Source: Selaginella moellendorffii (taxonomy: Eukaryota > Plantae > Lycopodiophyta). Taken from it: DNA of 64,000 nt. Below are positions 35,004-47,356 of the stretch, piece by piece (position 1 is the first letter of the stretch; every line of letters starts with the position of its first letter). The stretch lies in the NCBI RefSeq assembly GCF_000143415.4, contig NW_003314283.1:1292330-1356329 (forward strand), read 5' to 3'. Made by a program: the position numbers and the translations under genes. The notes beneath the pieces were generated by a model. That model was not told where the DNA came from and made no database searches. It saw nothing but the letters and a program-made list of their open reading frames with translations.

Positions 35004-36030
35004 CCAATGACTCTTAACCTGAGGTATTTTAAAACTTTTAATTGATTAGAAAAAAAGGGTGCACTCTTGTTTATGAGCCCTTTTCTTTTATATTTGAACC
35101 CCAATAAATCATTTCTCTATTCTCTTTTAGTTACTTACATCCAATTATAAAAAAAAATTATCTCTTAGTCCTAAAATAGAGCTAAAAGTGTGTTATATAG
35201 CACTAGCTAAAGTAAAAGTCTAACAAGTGCAAAATATTTTACTTAAAAGCTCTAATGCAAAAAATCAAAAACAAAAGTGGAAGTCCAAAAAAAGTGCTTC
35301 AGGAATAAATCCAAAACTGAGTTTAAGACTGAATCCAAAAACAAATCCAAAAGCTTAAGACCAAATTTGAGTTTAAATCCAAGGGGTAAAAAAAATTGAT
35401 TGTTTCCCAAACCCATGAAGGTTATGAATGAGACTCTTCCAAATGGTCAAATGTGTGGATAAATGGTTAAAGTAAATTTAATCACTTATATATATTTATA
35501 ATTATAAGTTTCAACCTAATAGTTGATTCTTTAATACTCTAAAGTATAATTCACATACAAAGAAGTTATTTAATTACTTATAAAAATATAGTGACATTAT
35601 AGCTCATAAAGTTTATTGTGAATTATAATATAAGGTCACTAGTCAAATGTAAGTGTCAAACACCCACATGAATACTCATTCGGCTTCACTTCTAGCAAGC
35701 ATTTTAGAATTCTCACTTATAAATCAATTAGATTAATTAGTAATATTAAATATTGTTTTTGTAAACCATTACTCTTACATATTTCTAGATTAATTTAGGC
35801 TTGTGGCTCCTAAAATATACTAAAAAGTGTTTAGGAAAGTTTATAAATTATAAACATGTATATATTATAAACATAAAATTAATTTAAATGAATATGGTAA
35901 ATTATCTGAAAATATCCAAATATATTTTCAATCTAAGAAAACACACATGATTAACTTATAAATAAAAGGAAGGTATATTATTGATTAAACTACCGTAGAT
36001 TGTAGGGTTCCAACAATCCGGTGGGAAGAA

Positions 36031-36510
36031 ATGGCGGGGCTGAGCTCGCGATTGCCGCAATGGGCATTTCCCCGAGCGGTTTCTTCCGCAGCAGCGACGC
36101 ATAGGAATCGGAGGCTCGTCTTGTACAGCAAACCCGGCTGCTGCCTCTGCGATGGGCTCAAAGAAAAGCTCCAAGCCGCGTTTTTGATTGGGGGTGACGC
36201 GAGTTCCCTCGCTGGGACGACCTTGGAGGTAAAACACGGCTTGTCCCTCGCATTGCCTGCTAAAGTCCTTGCGCCGAGGCTCATATAGGTGAGAGACATA
36301 ACTTCCAATCCGGAATGGGAGAAGGCTTACCAGTATGAGATACCTGTTCTAGCTCGGATCAAAGACGATGGGCTGGAAGTAAGTACCTTGATTTGCTATC
36401 TCGGTTGCTATAACTCGAACTTGTTCCAGGAAGTTCTTCCAAGGATGTCGATGCGTATCAGCGTGGAGCAACTCCACAAGAAAATGGGAGCACTGTTGGA
36501 CGATTCATAG
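36031..36510 (+). CDS. Glutaredoxin-like (DUF836/thioredoxin-fold) protein with an organellar presequence, 3 exons
   Basis: LVLYSKPGCCLCDGLKEKL...VRDITSNPEWEKAYQYEIPVL. Confidence 0.9.
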
Positions 36511-36571
36511 CTGTGATTGCCAAGTTATATTGTAGATGGTGTGTGACAAAAAACATAGAACCTGGATCGAT

Positions 36572-37373
36572 TTACCAATCAAGGCCCAAGTTTCTCGAGA
36601 GAAACAAGGTCTCTACGTGATGAATCACAGGCTTCACACCACCCACATAACCAGACATGTGAATTCTTGCCGAGGCATCTGTAGAAAATCATGGTATCAG
36701 ATAGAAACCCTGTGTGTAGTAAGAAACTCACCATCTTCCTTGAGAACTTTTAAAAACTGTGATTTTGATGGCAGTGTATACGTGCCAGCAGCCACAGCTT
36801 TGCGAATCGCCCATGGATGATGCTGCGAGAAAACTGCTTCGTAGGCTTTTGACGCGGAATCACGCAAGTGAGAGCATCTGGAGCAAAAAAACAACAGGAA
36901 AAAAAAGTCGCAATCTGTCATGAAAGAGAAGAAAAAGAGAAGAAAAGAAGCAAAAGAGAGAGACCTCACTCTGATTCAAGGATGTGTTCGAAGAGAATCT
37001 TCACCATTTCAATCCCCCGCTTGACACGGAGCAAGTTCCTCGAATGGCTGCCTCCATTTCTCACGGTGCCCTGCTCAACATCCACCTCCAGCAGCGATCC
37101 CAGCGTCTTGAATCTCTCGGATGCCTGGACCAGATCATCCACCTGCGAGCGCATCGAAATATCGGCCAAGAACGAGAAATGCCGGCACACCTTAGAAGTG
37201 TAATCCTTCTCCGCGAATTTGAAAGCGAAGCCCAGCGATCCAAACAGTACCGACACTAGCGAGCACGCCTTCGCGAAATCTGTGACGCTCAGCTCTCCCG
37301 CGGCCTCGAGATCCGCCGCGAGCTCCCCAAACGCTAGCGCCATCGCCTGGAGAGGACGACCCATCACCGACAT
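36572..37373 (-). CDS. ACD11: ACD11-like GLTP-fold (ceramide-1-phosphate transfer) protein, 4 exons
   Basis: FAKACSLVSVLFGSLGFAFKFAEKDY..KV.DL; GSHSRNLLRVKRG; HHPWAIRKAV; ends LFLSRNLGLDW*. Confidence 0.92.
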
Positions 37374-37499
37374 TATTTTAATCGAACCCTTGCCCTAAAT
37401 AATTTTCTTAAGCCCAAGGAATCGAACCCCCGACGTGCATTTACCCTAAAAACAATAACCCCGACGTAGTTTAAAACCGTAAAACTGTAGGCCTTAAGT

Positions 37500-40400
37500 T
37501 TACTTTCTATGGTGTCTTCTCTTGAGCTCTGCGCGCTGCCTCTTTTCTTCCTCCCACTCTCGATCATACATCCTGGAAGAACAAAGACACAAAGAACTCT
37601 CGCGTCAATCCAGAAAGATGAGAGGAGAACTCACTGTTCGTGGTCGCGGCGAGTAAGCTTGGAAGGAACGTCTTTAAGAGGTGGCTCCATGTAAACGTTC
37701 CTGGCCTGCTGTGGTACCACAGCCTTTCTCTCGTACTGCTGCTGCGACGCTGCCGCGGGGGGTGGCGGCGGTGGCGGCGGCGGTAAGAATCCCTCTCCAG
37801 AGATGTGATCCCGCTTGAGTTTCCTGCGCTTGGATCCAGCAGCCCCGTCAAGTTCGTCTTTGGCCATCGCCATCTTCTCTCTTTCGCGCTCACGTTCTTT
37901 CTCCATCTGGAACAGCCAAAGCATGAGGAACACAGTATAGACGAAAAACTGGAAATAACTCTTACCTTGATCGCTAGAAGTTCTCTCTCGTCTCGCTTCC
38001 GCTCCCTGTTATCTTCATCCCTCCTCCGCTTCTCATCCATGAGCATCATACCGCCTTCATCCGCTCTGCGCTTCTCGTCCCTGTGAGGAGATAAACGCTG
38101 CATGGCTCTCCTCCTCTCGACTTCTTCCTCTCGTCTACTTCCTGGAGCCGACGATAGCAAATGCGGTACCATGTTGGGCGGGAGAGGTGGCGGAGGAGGC
38201 AAGCCCTGTGAAAACCGGTCGTCACCATGTGACTGTTCTCCAGCAGAGTCAGTGTGTCTCGGCCTGGGCCGCTCGTCCTTGTTGCTTCTCTCGTCCCTGC
38301 TTCTACTGTCAAAATTCCAATCGCCTGCTCTATCCGAATTTCTATCTACTGACCTGTCCCTCGGCACTAATCTATCCCTCGACAACTTATCGCCATAGTC
38401 ATCTCGGTCGGACCTCTCCATCCTGTAATCTCGGTCTGGTCTCTCTCGCCCCTTCTCAAGGCTGGGACGGTCGTCGTATCCCCCGTGCTCCGCAGACCGG
38501 GGTCTTTCAGAAGCTAGCCACCTTTCTCCTGTACGAATCTCACCAGCCTCCACATTTCTCTCAACGGGCTCTGCTTTCCTTCGCTTTCGTTCGGACTCGT
38601 CGTTACTGCCTGCTCGTTTGATCTGCCTATCTTTGTCAAGGAAGTGCGCACCATCGTCCCGGTGCGAAGGTGATTTTGATGACGCTGCCATGTGATTGCT
38701 CATTGCTCCTTCGTGAGCATCCTGCCTGTCCCTCTCCCTTTCAATCGAAGCCTTCGGTTCCGCAGACCTGGAGGTTGTTTCAATCCGTGGCTTGGGTGGT
38801 AAGTCCTGAGCTCCTGGTCGAGATGATGTGACAACCGGTGACCGAGTGGATGAAGCACCCGCATTCGTGTGAGAACTGCTGCTCATACGTCTGCTGTTAT
38901 CGAATGCACCCGCCTCCTTCTCTACACTTGCGGCATTGGAGCTTGTATCCACCTTTGGCGTCTTACTTGGCGGATCGTCTCGCACCTGTTCCGGCTTGCT
39001 TCTTGTAGACACAGCTGTTTGAGTCGCCTTGCGAGGTTGCAAACGAGCCTGCAAGAAAAGTATGATCTTCAACCAATGCTTTCACTTAAAAACTACAAGT
39101 TACTCACCTCTTCTTCGGCAACTTGTTTGGAATGATGCACCTCTGTGCTTCGAGCATCTATACCATTTGCTGGTTCGCTTGAGGGTTTACGGCTTTTGGT
39201 CTGACTAGCTTGCTTTAACTCCGTTGAAGCTGCTGGAACAGCTGGCCTGGAAGCTGCTGCTTTCCCATCTGATCTCACTGGCATCGAAGCAACGCCAGGA
39301 GTAGGCTGTTGTTGCGGCTCAGTCAAGGATGGTGCTGCTTTTGCGGGGACAGGAGGGGGTTTAAGGTCAATGTAACCCATTCCGAACTCCTCGTCACTCA
39401 TCCATGCATTCTACACCAGTTGAAGTGTTGAGTAAGAAGTTCCAATTTTACAGGACTGTTTACCTTGCGACTAGCCAGAGCAGCAGACACTCCCGTAGCA
39501 AGAACTTTAAGATCTTCACGGTCATCCAATTTAATTTTGTTAACCTGAAAATCCGGGGTTAGCATTTCACTAGTCTTCCCGTTTGCTTACCCGTCTCTCT
39601 ATGTTGATGCCTGTTTTCTTGGTGATTGGAAAGACGCTAGAAATTTTAGTAAGTATAGTAAGTGCGTTACGTATTTCCATATACTCCGAAGATTCCAGAC
39701 AGTGTATTAGCAGTTTCGTTAATCGGGAGCTCCATTTCCATTGTATCTGAATCAAATGTCATTGTCCAGGCACTTCAAAAAGAAAATGCTTACCCGAACA
39801 AACTGTGCGAAAGTTACCCGTTGACTGTTCGGATCTCTGTACAGAACAGCAAAACCAGGCATATTTCCACATTCTCGATCATAAACCGATTCATCGCTCT
39901 GCAGAAACATCAGAGGTTGTTAAAACGTTGTCAAAGTTGCTAATGATGTGTACCTTCCAGTGATATGCCATTTTCAACGTCTCAAACAAGAACCTGCCCA
40001 GCCTTCCCGCTTCATATTCCGTACAACAGTAAATCATTGGTTGCAGCGTTTTACATATGAGGCAGTCGATGTGGTTGACAGTGTTGAAGAATGGAGTACC
40101 AAGCGAGTGAAGGTTTTGAACAAACCTAGCACAGTAAACAGCATCGATCGTGCTGAATACGCATCTTGGAAAAATGCAGCGTTGCAAGAACTCCATGTTA
40201 ATCTTTTGGCTATCCGGGCATGAGGTCAGCCAAGAATCCTTCTCACGTAAAAGACGTTGCTGAACAGTAGCCACGTGTTGCTCTTGCTTCTGCAACTCTG
40301 ATGACAATCTGTCAAGGACTTCCTGTATTTTCTCCTTATCTTTCTTCCGCTTTGTGATTGCAGCATAAGAGTTGTCAGAGCTCTCCTCCAACGCTCTCAA

Positions 40401-43400
40401 GGAAGACCGTTGCTTTGCAATCTCAAGTTCGTAACGTTGTCTAGGAACGTATAGATCGTGCAACGATAGACCCCAAAATGTGAGGTAAAGTTCCGGCGAG
40501 AGGCTGTTCCAGGCTTTCAGAGGTAGCATAGTATGGACAGTCGAAAGAAGATCAGTCCACCTATACAAACAAACAAGTAAGCTTTCCTCCAAATTTGTAT
40601 AAATGGAACATACGTTATTGCTTTTCGATGTGGCAACTCCAGTACCAGATCCTTAGAAGATTGGCTTTCATCAATCTGCCCACTTGTATCTGACCCTTTT
40701 GGCGTTTTAAAGAGTCCCAAGACCGGTCTATAAATGAGGAAAGCCACCTGAAAATATTCACAAGTTAGAAGAAGATGATGAACGGATAAACACACCTCCG
40801 GTTCTATAAGATACTTGTGTACAAGTTCATCAAGCGATGGCATGAGTTGAGCATAAGCCGTGGACGGAGTCACAGCAACATACAGAAATTCCACGTACTG
40901 CAAGAGCGCGCCGTGACATCTATCGAACTGCTCGCTGACCATTTTAATATGTGGTGCATTGCATTTCGTTACGATACTGCAAGAGAGCGTTTTATGAGAA
41001 AATTTCATTTATGCCTTGACTTACTTAGATCTGTGTTGAGCAATGAGCAGTACCAACGGAAGTGCCAGTTTGGGCTCTTCCTTGGAAAGTAGGGCGTCCC
41101 GCAGCCTATTAGTGGATTTAGTAAACGCCTGAATAACACCAGTAAGGATGGCACTCGTTTCACTTGTAATTTCTTACCTTATTGTTCCTAACCAACCCAA
41201 ATGCTGTAGCTTGATACCGTAAGGTCTCGCCGCCGGACATGGCTTCCAGTTGATCTTCAGTAACATTTTCAGTGTATTCTACGTTGGCCATTTGTTGCAT
41301 CAATTCCTAAATCAGAAGGTCAAGAGCAATGTAAAACCGTACCAGGAAGAAAATACCTGTAGTACAACAAGTTCTATGCCATCACCCTTCTTTAGCTGAT
41401 TGACAAGGTACTGAAACAGGCCACGTAGTTCCATTGAAGGATGCTTTTTGCATCTGTAATGATAAACCTGAGTCCCAGTCCAAAATAACGATATTAGTAC
41501 TTACAAAGTACCCCAGAAAGATGCCAGAGATTGAAGCCAATCTGAGAGATTTAATCCATCCTCCTTAAGCTTCTCGCGGCCGCCTTGAGCTAGGCGCTCC
41601 AACACCACGTATTCTAGGACGTCATACTCGAGCTAATAGAAAGCACTGTCAAAATACTGATTCTTTATGTCCATATCTTGTTATACCTGAGTGAGGTACT
41701 TAAAAGCGTCAACTACAGGAGCAATCATATCTTTGTATGCTTCAATCTGAGAAGAAGAAAAACTAAAAGTAAAACAAGTATAAATTTAAAGTTTACTGTA
41801 CCTGATGGACAATGGTTCTAAGGACAGTTAACGGATTTGCGTGGGCAAGCTTGGCAACCTGTCGTCCCAGTTGCTTCAAATTTTCCTTGGCAAGCCTCTT
41901 TAATATGCGTCTTGTGTCCAGCTGAAACGCGTTTCTTAAGTACAACAACAAAAACACCTCAGCTCACCTTACCTTAGCAGTCTGACGAGCAGCCAAAAGC
42001 ATTGGGAATGATTCGTCATCTTTTTCCCATTCACCATATATTCGGTATCGGACCTACGAATAAGATCGTCACACAATTTTTAGAGAAAGAGAAATACAAC
42101 GTTTACCTCATACGAAAGTAAACTCAGAACGTCCCATATGGCAATGCAGACAGCTGGATTAGCTGGTAAAAGCTGTAATGATGGAAGTAAGCAAGCGCTT
42201 AATGCTTCCTCAACCTTCAGACGTGCTTCCTTGAGAGCTGCCCTAGCATCTTTGTGCTCAGCTTCTTGAGAGCGCGTAGAGTTAACAGCAGACACAGCCG
42301 AAGAATAATATCCTCTAAGAACCTTACAAACCTGCAATGTGTATGTCAGTCTAATCATAATAGAGGCCATGTGGACGCACCTTCTGTAAAAGAATTACAT
42401 CTCGATATAGGTATGGACCAATCCAAGAAAGCATTTGAAAGAGTTCCTTCCTAAGCTCCGTCACAGGAGCTTTTCGGGTAGAAACCTCTTGGTTCAACTT
42501 TGAAAAGTACGAAGGTCGAAGACGATTGTAGATTGGTGCAATAGTGTTTTCTATAATCCTGTAAGCTAATGTCAATTAACATCTTACAACAGTCAAGACG
42601 TTACCTTATCAGCCCGCTCGATATTCGCTCGTGCGCAACCGGATTAAGAGCAGCTAGACGCTCGAACAGGATGTTTGCGTGATGCCTATCAGCTCCGGAT
42701 TCAATTAAGATAGACACTACAGTCATGCTTACCAATCGCCGACTGTCAGAAACCCATCAAGCAGCCCCAGCTTTTGATTCGTTACAAGCTCCATTACCCG
42801 CTCAGCTGTTGCTTCAACCTCGCCATCTAATGCGGCATAAAGGTCAATGTTTACGTCTCCGGGTTTCTCTTCCTCCATGAGATCTTTTCCAGTCGCCGCA
42901 AGATTTATCTTTCCTATTCTGTTCGCCTGCAGAAAACGTTGCGGCAAAAACTTATAAATTACAAATTACCTCCTCCATGCGCCTCTTAAGAATTTCCTCG
43001 TACTGTTCAAAAGCTTCTTCATCTTTAGGTGTTAAATGAGCATATCTAAAACAAAAATGAGTACGAGAAAGCAAAAAAGGAAGTGATTTACATGCTATCC
43101 AGGTCAACAAAGTCAGCCTTCACTAGAGTCGCAGCCAATCTATAAAGACCAGTTGGCACTGGTTCTTCAATCTCCGGACGTTGATAGTATTGGAACTTAA
43201 AACCAAGAATATGACAAAGATGAGACTGCAACATATATCAGCACGTTACAAGAATGCGAAAAAAAATAAGGCTTTACTACCTTTCGAAAAAGTGGCATCA
43301 AGCCAATAAAGGAAGTGTTCTCAGGATGTAATTCAAAAAACTCCAAAACCTGCAGTACTCACACTATCAAGTAAAAACTAAAAATTTCATCAAAACTTAC

Positions 43401-44360
43401 AATGTCAAAAACTCTATTGGGATCGAGGTCGAAGTGCCCGATAAGAGACTGCATGATCGCGAATACAGTGAATACCGTGTGCTTCGTCTATTGCCTATAA
43501 ATACCTTGATAGAGCTGGCGACAGCAGAACTGCTCTGAGAACTATCACTTCCACTTTGTTTCAAGAGAGTTAGCTAACAAGAAAAGCTAAAGTCAGCAAC
43601 CATGACAAGCAACAGCAGTATAGTATTACCAGCTTTGCATATCCTTCACTCTCCTCCCGCAACAGATTGAACTTCGTCTGTTGGTATAACAGTCGTGTAT
43701 TCACTCTAACCTGGAAAACACACAAAGATAATCTAAAGAAGATAAACAGCGTCAGCGTACCTCCTTCGACTTCAAATCCGGAGCTTTGATCTTGATCATT
43801 TCCACCTCCCATAAGAACTCAGCCTCACAGCGCTCTTGGAAGAGACGAACAGGGACCAAACCAGATTCCGCAAGCCATTTCGCCTGCAAAGCACAGTATA
43901 AACAAGACCATCTATACATTTAAAAAAACTTACAAGGTCGACAAGCCGCGATCGAAATTCCCCAGGTACAGTGAGCTGCATAGAAGATCGTGGTGACCTC
44001 CAAATCATTTTTTTCTATCGATAGAAAACCAAAAGCTATACCTCTAAGCTCATGTGAGCAATAGCATCGGCAAAATTGGAAGCGATATCTTCCTTAAGAG
44101 TCGACTCCAGAAAATTCACAGCATCGAGGCCTACTCGGCATTTACTAAGTGGCAGCTCTCCTCGGACCTGCATTTCCAACTCAATCGCTATGAGAAATAT
44201 TTTCTCAATCCAAGAGCTCACATACCATCGTCCAGCAGAGCTCGTAGATAAATCGATCCGGAGGAACAGCAGCGTGAATCTTAGTCGCGGCATTCGTCGA
44301 CTTCCATTCCCGGATGTGCTCGCTCGTCACGTACTTGCAATTCAGCGCTATTAGAGCCAT
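37500..44360 (-). CDS. THO2: THO complex subunit 2, many short exons
   Basis: RVNTRLLYQQTKFNLLREESEGYAKL; SLIGHFDLDPNRV; RRILKRLAKEN; FLQRCIFPRC; CCTEYEAGRLGRFL; C-terminus YDREWEEEKRQRAELKRRHHRK*. Confidence 0.95.
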
Positions 44361-44482
44361 CTCCCTCAGAGAGATCGCCTCCTTCTCTTCAGCTCGGCGC
44401 CGCGCCTCTTCACAGCATTCTCATTGTGTACCTGGCGAGCGCCTCGTCGTCCACACCATTGAAACCCTACTAGTGCTTTCAC

Positions 44483-44955
44483 TTAGGGCTTTTGAGCTAA
44501 AAGAATTTAGGGTTCTTACGCTACTGTGGCGATGGCGGCGCGTGCGATGGATGCTCCGCCGGTGACGCGATCGACGACCGCAAGCTCGATATTTCGAGGT
44601 CAGTGTGCATGAAATGTAAGGAGGAAGGTGGCGCTCGCGAATCAGACGGAACCGAGCAAATTCGAGACGGTGCTCAACTCTCATGCGCCGGTGAGCGCGC
44701 AGGATAAGATCTTGCTGGGGGATCCGTCGTCGCGAGTAGCGCTCGAGTTCCTGGCCGAGATAAGATCCGAGGCACTGGCATCCAGGGCTTTGAATGCTCC
44801 GGGGCTTGGTCTCGGTGTGAGGGGCTAGCGATTGGAACTTCCAGGGCCATGTAGTGGAAAAGATAGTTTCCGGACTTCCTTTACGACTGGAAGAGATTTT
44901 CGACGACGATCATGCCACACAGCTCAACCTTTTGCTCGACTCCGTCAAGGACGTG
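44483..44955 (+). pseudogene. Decayed partial duplicate of the CTU2 5' region
   Basis: Collinear near-identity with 47318-47895, including the upstream TAGGGCTTTTGAG..AAAGAATTTAGGGTTCTTACG, with multiple small deletions. Confidence 0.9.
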
Positions 44956-45186
44956 GAGCTGGAGCGGCAAAGGTCGTCAACTTCCAAGGTTAGCATGGAG
45001 CTCGGAGCGATCGAGTGGGATCAAGCGGGCTGAGCAACTGGAGCCCGAGCAGCAGCAGCAGCGAGGAGCGTGACGAAAGAGTTTGGCACAAAATCAAGAT
45101 TGCAGAGCATTGCATAAGGTCGCATGCTTCAGAAGATACATACATAAGATAGAAAAAAAAAAGAAACATCAATGGATAGGTAGAGA

Positions 45187-46939
45187 TTAAGAGAGCGATT
45201 GTTGAGGAGAGGCCATAGACGAGTGCAAGTGACACAAAATACCACCCCGTCGTCGTGTGTATAACGTGCATGCTTTCTGCTTCCCAAGAGGCATGTAGTG
45301 ACACGAAGGCTGTGTTGCTGCTGGAATAACCCTATCTAGAGCTGCCAGTGCGCTATCGAATGCTCCGTAACCCATGAAGACGTCCGTGTAGTGATCATAG
45401 TTGCACACCACACCACAGGCTGGTACCCGGTCTCCAAAGCCAATCCAGATGAAGTAGACGTGGTATGGGACGTCGCACGCTTTAGTCACCTCGGACATGA
45501 AGTTTGCTGCTCGCGTCTCGTGGTGAGAGGCGAAGTCTTCGTCCAAGCCAATGACAAAAGTCTTGCCTGGCATGTTAACCAAGACCCGTGGCCAATTCAT
45601 TGGCATCTCATCCAGCAGCATTTGCTCGTGATGCCCGTGTGGCAACATCCAACTGGGAGCCTCCAACTTGACGCTGTTTACAACCATGGTTTCCCTCACA
45701 GGTTCCAAGTGCACCCGTTTCCGCAGCTTGATCACTGTGGCTAATGCCATCAAGCAGTTCCACGAGTAGCTGCGCCCGCTGCTGCTGCTGCTGCTGGTCT
45801 GGTGCATTACAGGCCACAGCCAAAGATCTAGCACTTCCTCCAAGTCTAGGCTCGTAAGCTGCAGTGATCGGAACGACAGGTGCGCCTGGAAGCGAGAAAG
45901 GCAGTCGCCCATTCCAGATCCATCCATGAAAAGCACGCAACCTGTTTTCCCCATGAGCTGATATACAGCGTCTGAAGGAGGAGGCATCTTGCAACCTGAA
46001 AGAGCCTTCAAAACCAGCCTCCACTCCCTCTCGTCTAGCGGCTGCTTGAGAAAGCCATCCAGCAGCAGGAGGTGACGATCCAGCCATAGGTTGGGACTTC
46101 CACTGGCGTAGCATTCGAGCAAACTAGGTACACCACCCGTGTTGTACCACAAGCTGTCGAGATCCACACTCTCCTCCAAGAAATCCATCCCCCGCGGGCC
46201 TCGCTTCTCCAGAAAGCAATGCATCTCCATGCCCACAAAGCCAGGAGGCACTTGGAAAACCGACGATGGAGGTCGACCAAGGCACAAAGGCGCCTTTGCC
46301 GCATAGATGACAGTCGCACCACCAGTCGCGAGAAGTGGCACGGCATACTTTCTCGCACTCTCCAACGCCCACTTCTCTGCAAAGGTATCTGCACGGTTAA
46401 CGAAGAAGTAGATGGCTTCCTGGCGTTGCTCCAGCCACCGCATCGCAGCCTCCCACGTCTCAATGTCCACCAGCTCGGCAAGCGCTGCCTCGTTCCTGCC
46501 ATATGACACGGACAAGCCGAGCAAAAGAGTTTCCAGAGGCGCCTCAGCGAAGTAGGCACCCTCTATGTAGACGACGGCAACTTCCTGGAGAACATAGAAT
46601 CGCTTCAAGGACTGGAGAAGTTACTTCACGTACCGGTCGATTAAACGCCAAGAAAGCAGCAAGTGTAGCGAGAAGGAACGACTTCCCTAATCCTGCTGCT
46701 CCTGCAATGCAGCCGAAATCGCCAACTTGTTGCTTCTCCACGAATGCAAGAGCATCGAGGAAACAGGGGCGTCCCATGTAGTCGAGCCAAGGTCCCGGCG
46801 TGCTCTCAACTGTTGGGACTCTCACCCTGACTGACATTCGGGGCGAGGATAACTGCGCGGCCTCAACCGCAGTCATGCTTTGCACCACCTCCCGCCAAAC
46901 ATTCCTCGCCCGCCACATCCTACCTTTCATCATCCTCAT
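45187..46939 (-). CDS. P-loop NTPase of Crinkler-associated/fungal type, ~567 aa; exons 46939-46634 and 46584-45187
   Basis: 49-nt phase-0 GT-AG intron; DYMGR..F; Walker A GAAGLGKS; VVYI; Walker-B-like IYFFVNRAD; TGGVP..L; uncharacterised alpha/beta C-terminal domain. Confidence 0.7.
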
Positions 46940-47356
46940 GCCTCAAACCCTAACCTGAAACCCTGATATTTATGATTGAATGAAAATATTTGGTTTGCTT
47001 AATAGTAGTGTTATTTCTATTTAATAATTTAATTAAATAAATTAATTTTTCAAACATGTTTATAATTTATAGACACAAGATTAATTTTATTAATATTATA
47101 GTAGAATAAATTAGAATATACTAGGAAGTGTAGGAAAATTTATAAATTATAAATACAAAATTAATCTAAATGAATAATTGCTAATATATGATGTGAGGGT
47201 CAAACATATTTTAGATATATCTTTAGGTTTGTTTAAACAAGCCAAACATAAATAAAGATAAAATAACCATTAAAAACTCTTTAATAATTGATATAAATAT
47301 TCTTGTAAACTTTACTTTTAGGGCTTTTGAGATTGAAAGAATTTAGGGTTCTTACG

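Larger units (their letters stand above)
34376..35139 (-). mobile_element. Cassandra-like TRIM copy 4 (partial internal region plus an LTR interrupted by rDNA fragments)
   Basis: The internal region and PBS remnant match 23970-24111; LTR parts lie at ~34510-34526 and 35004-35139. Confidence 0.8.

Noticed and set aside
37378-37440. tRNA/SINE-like GGGAATCGAACCC
   Set aside because: An isolated T-arm motif with no tRNA body.
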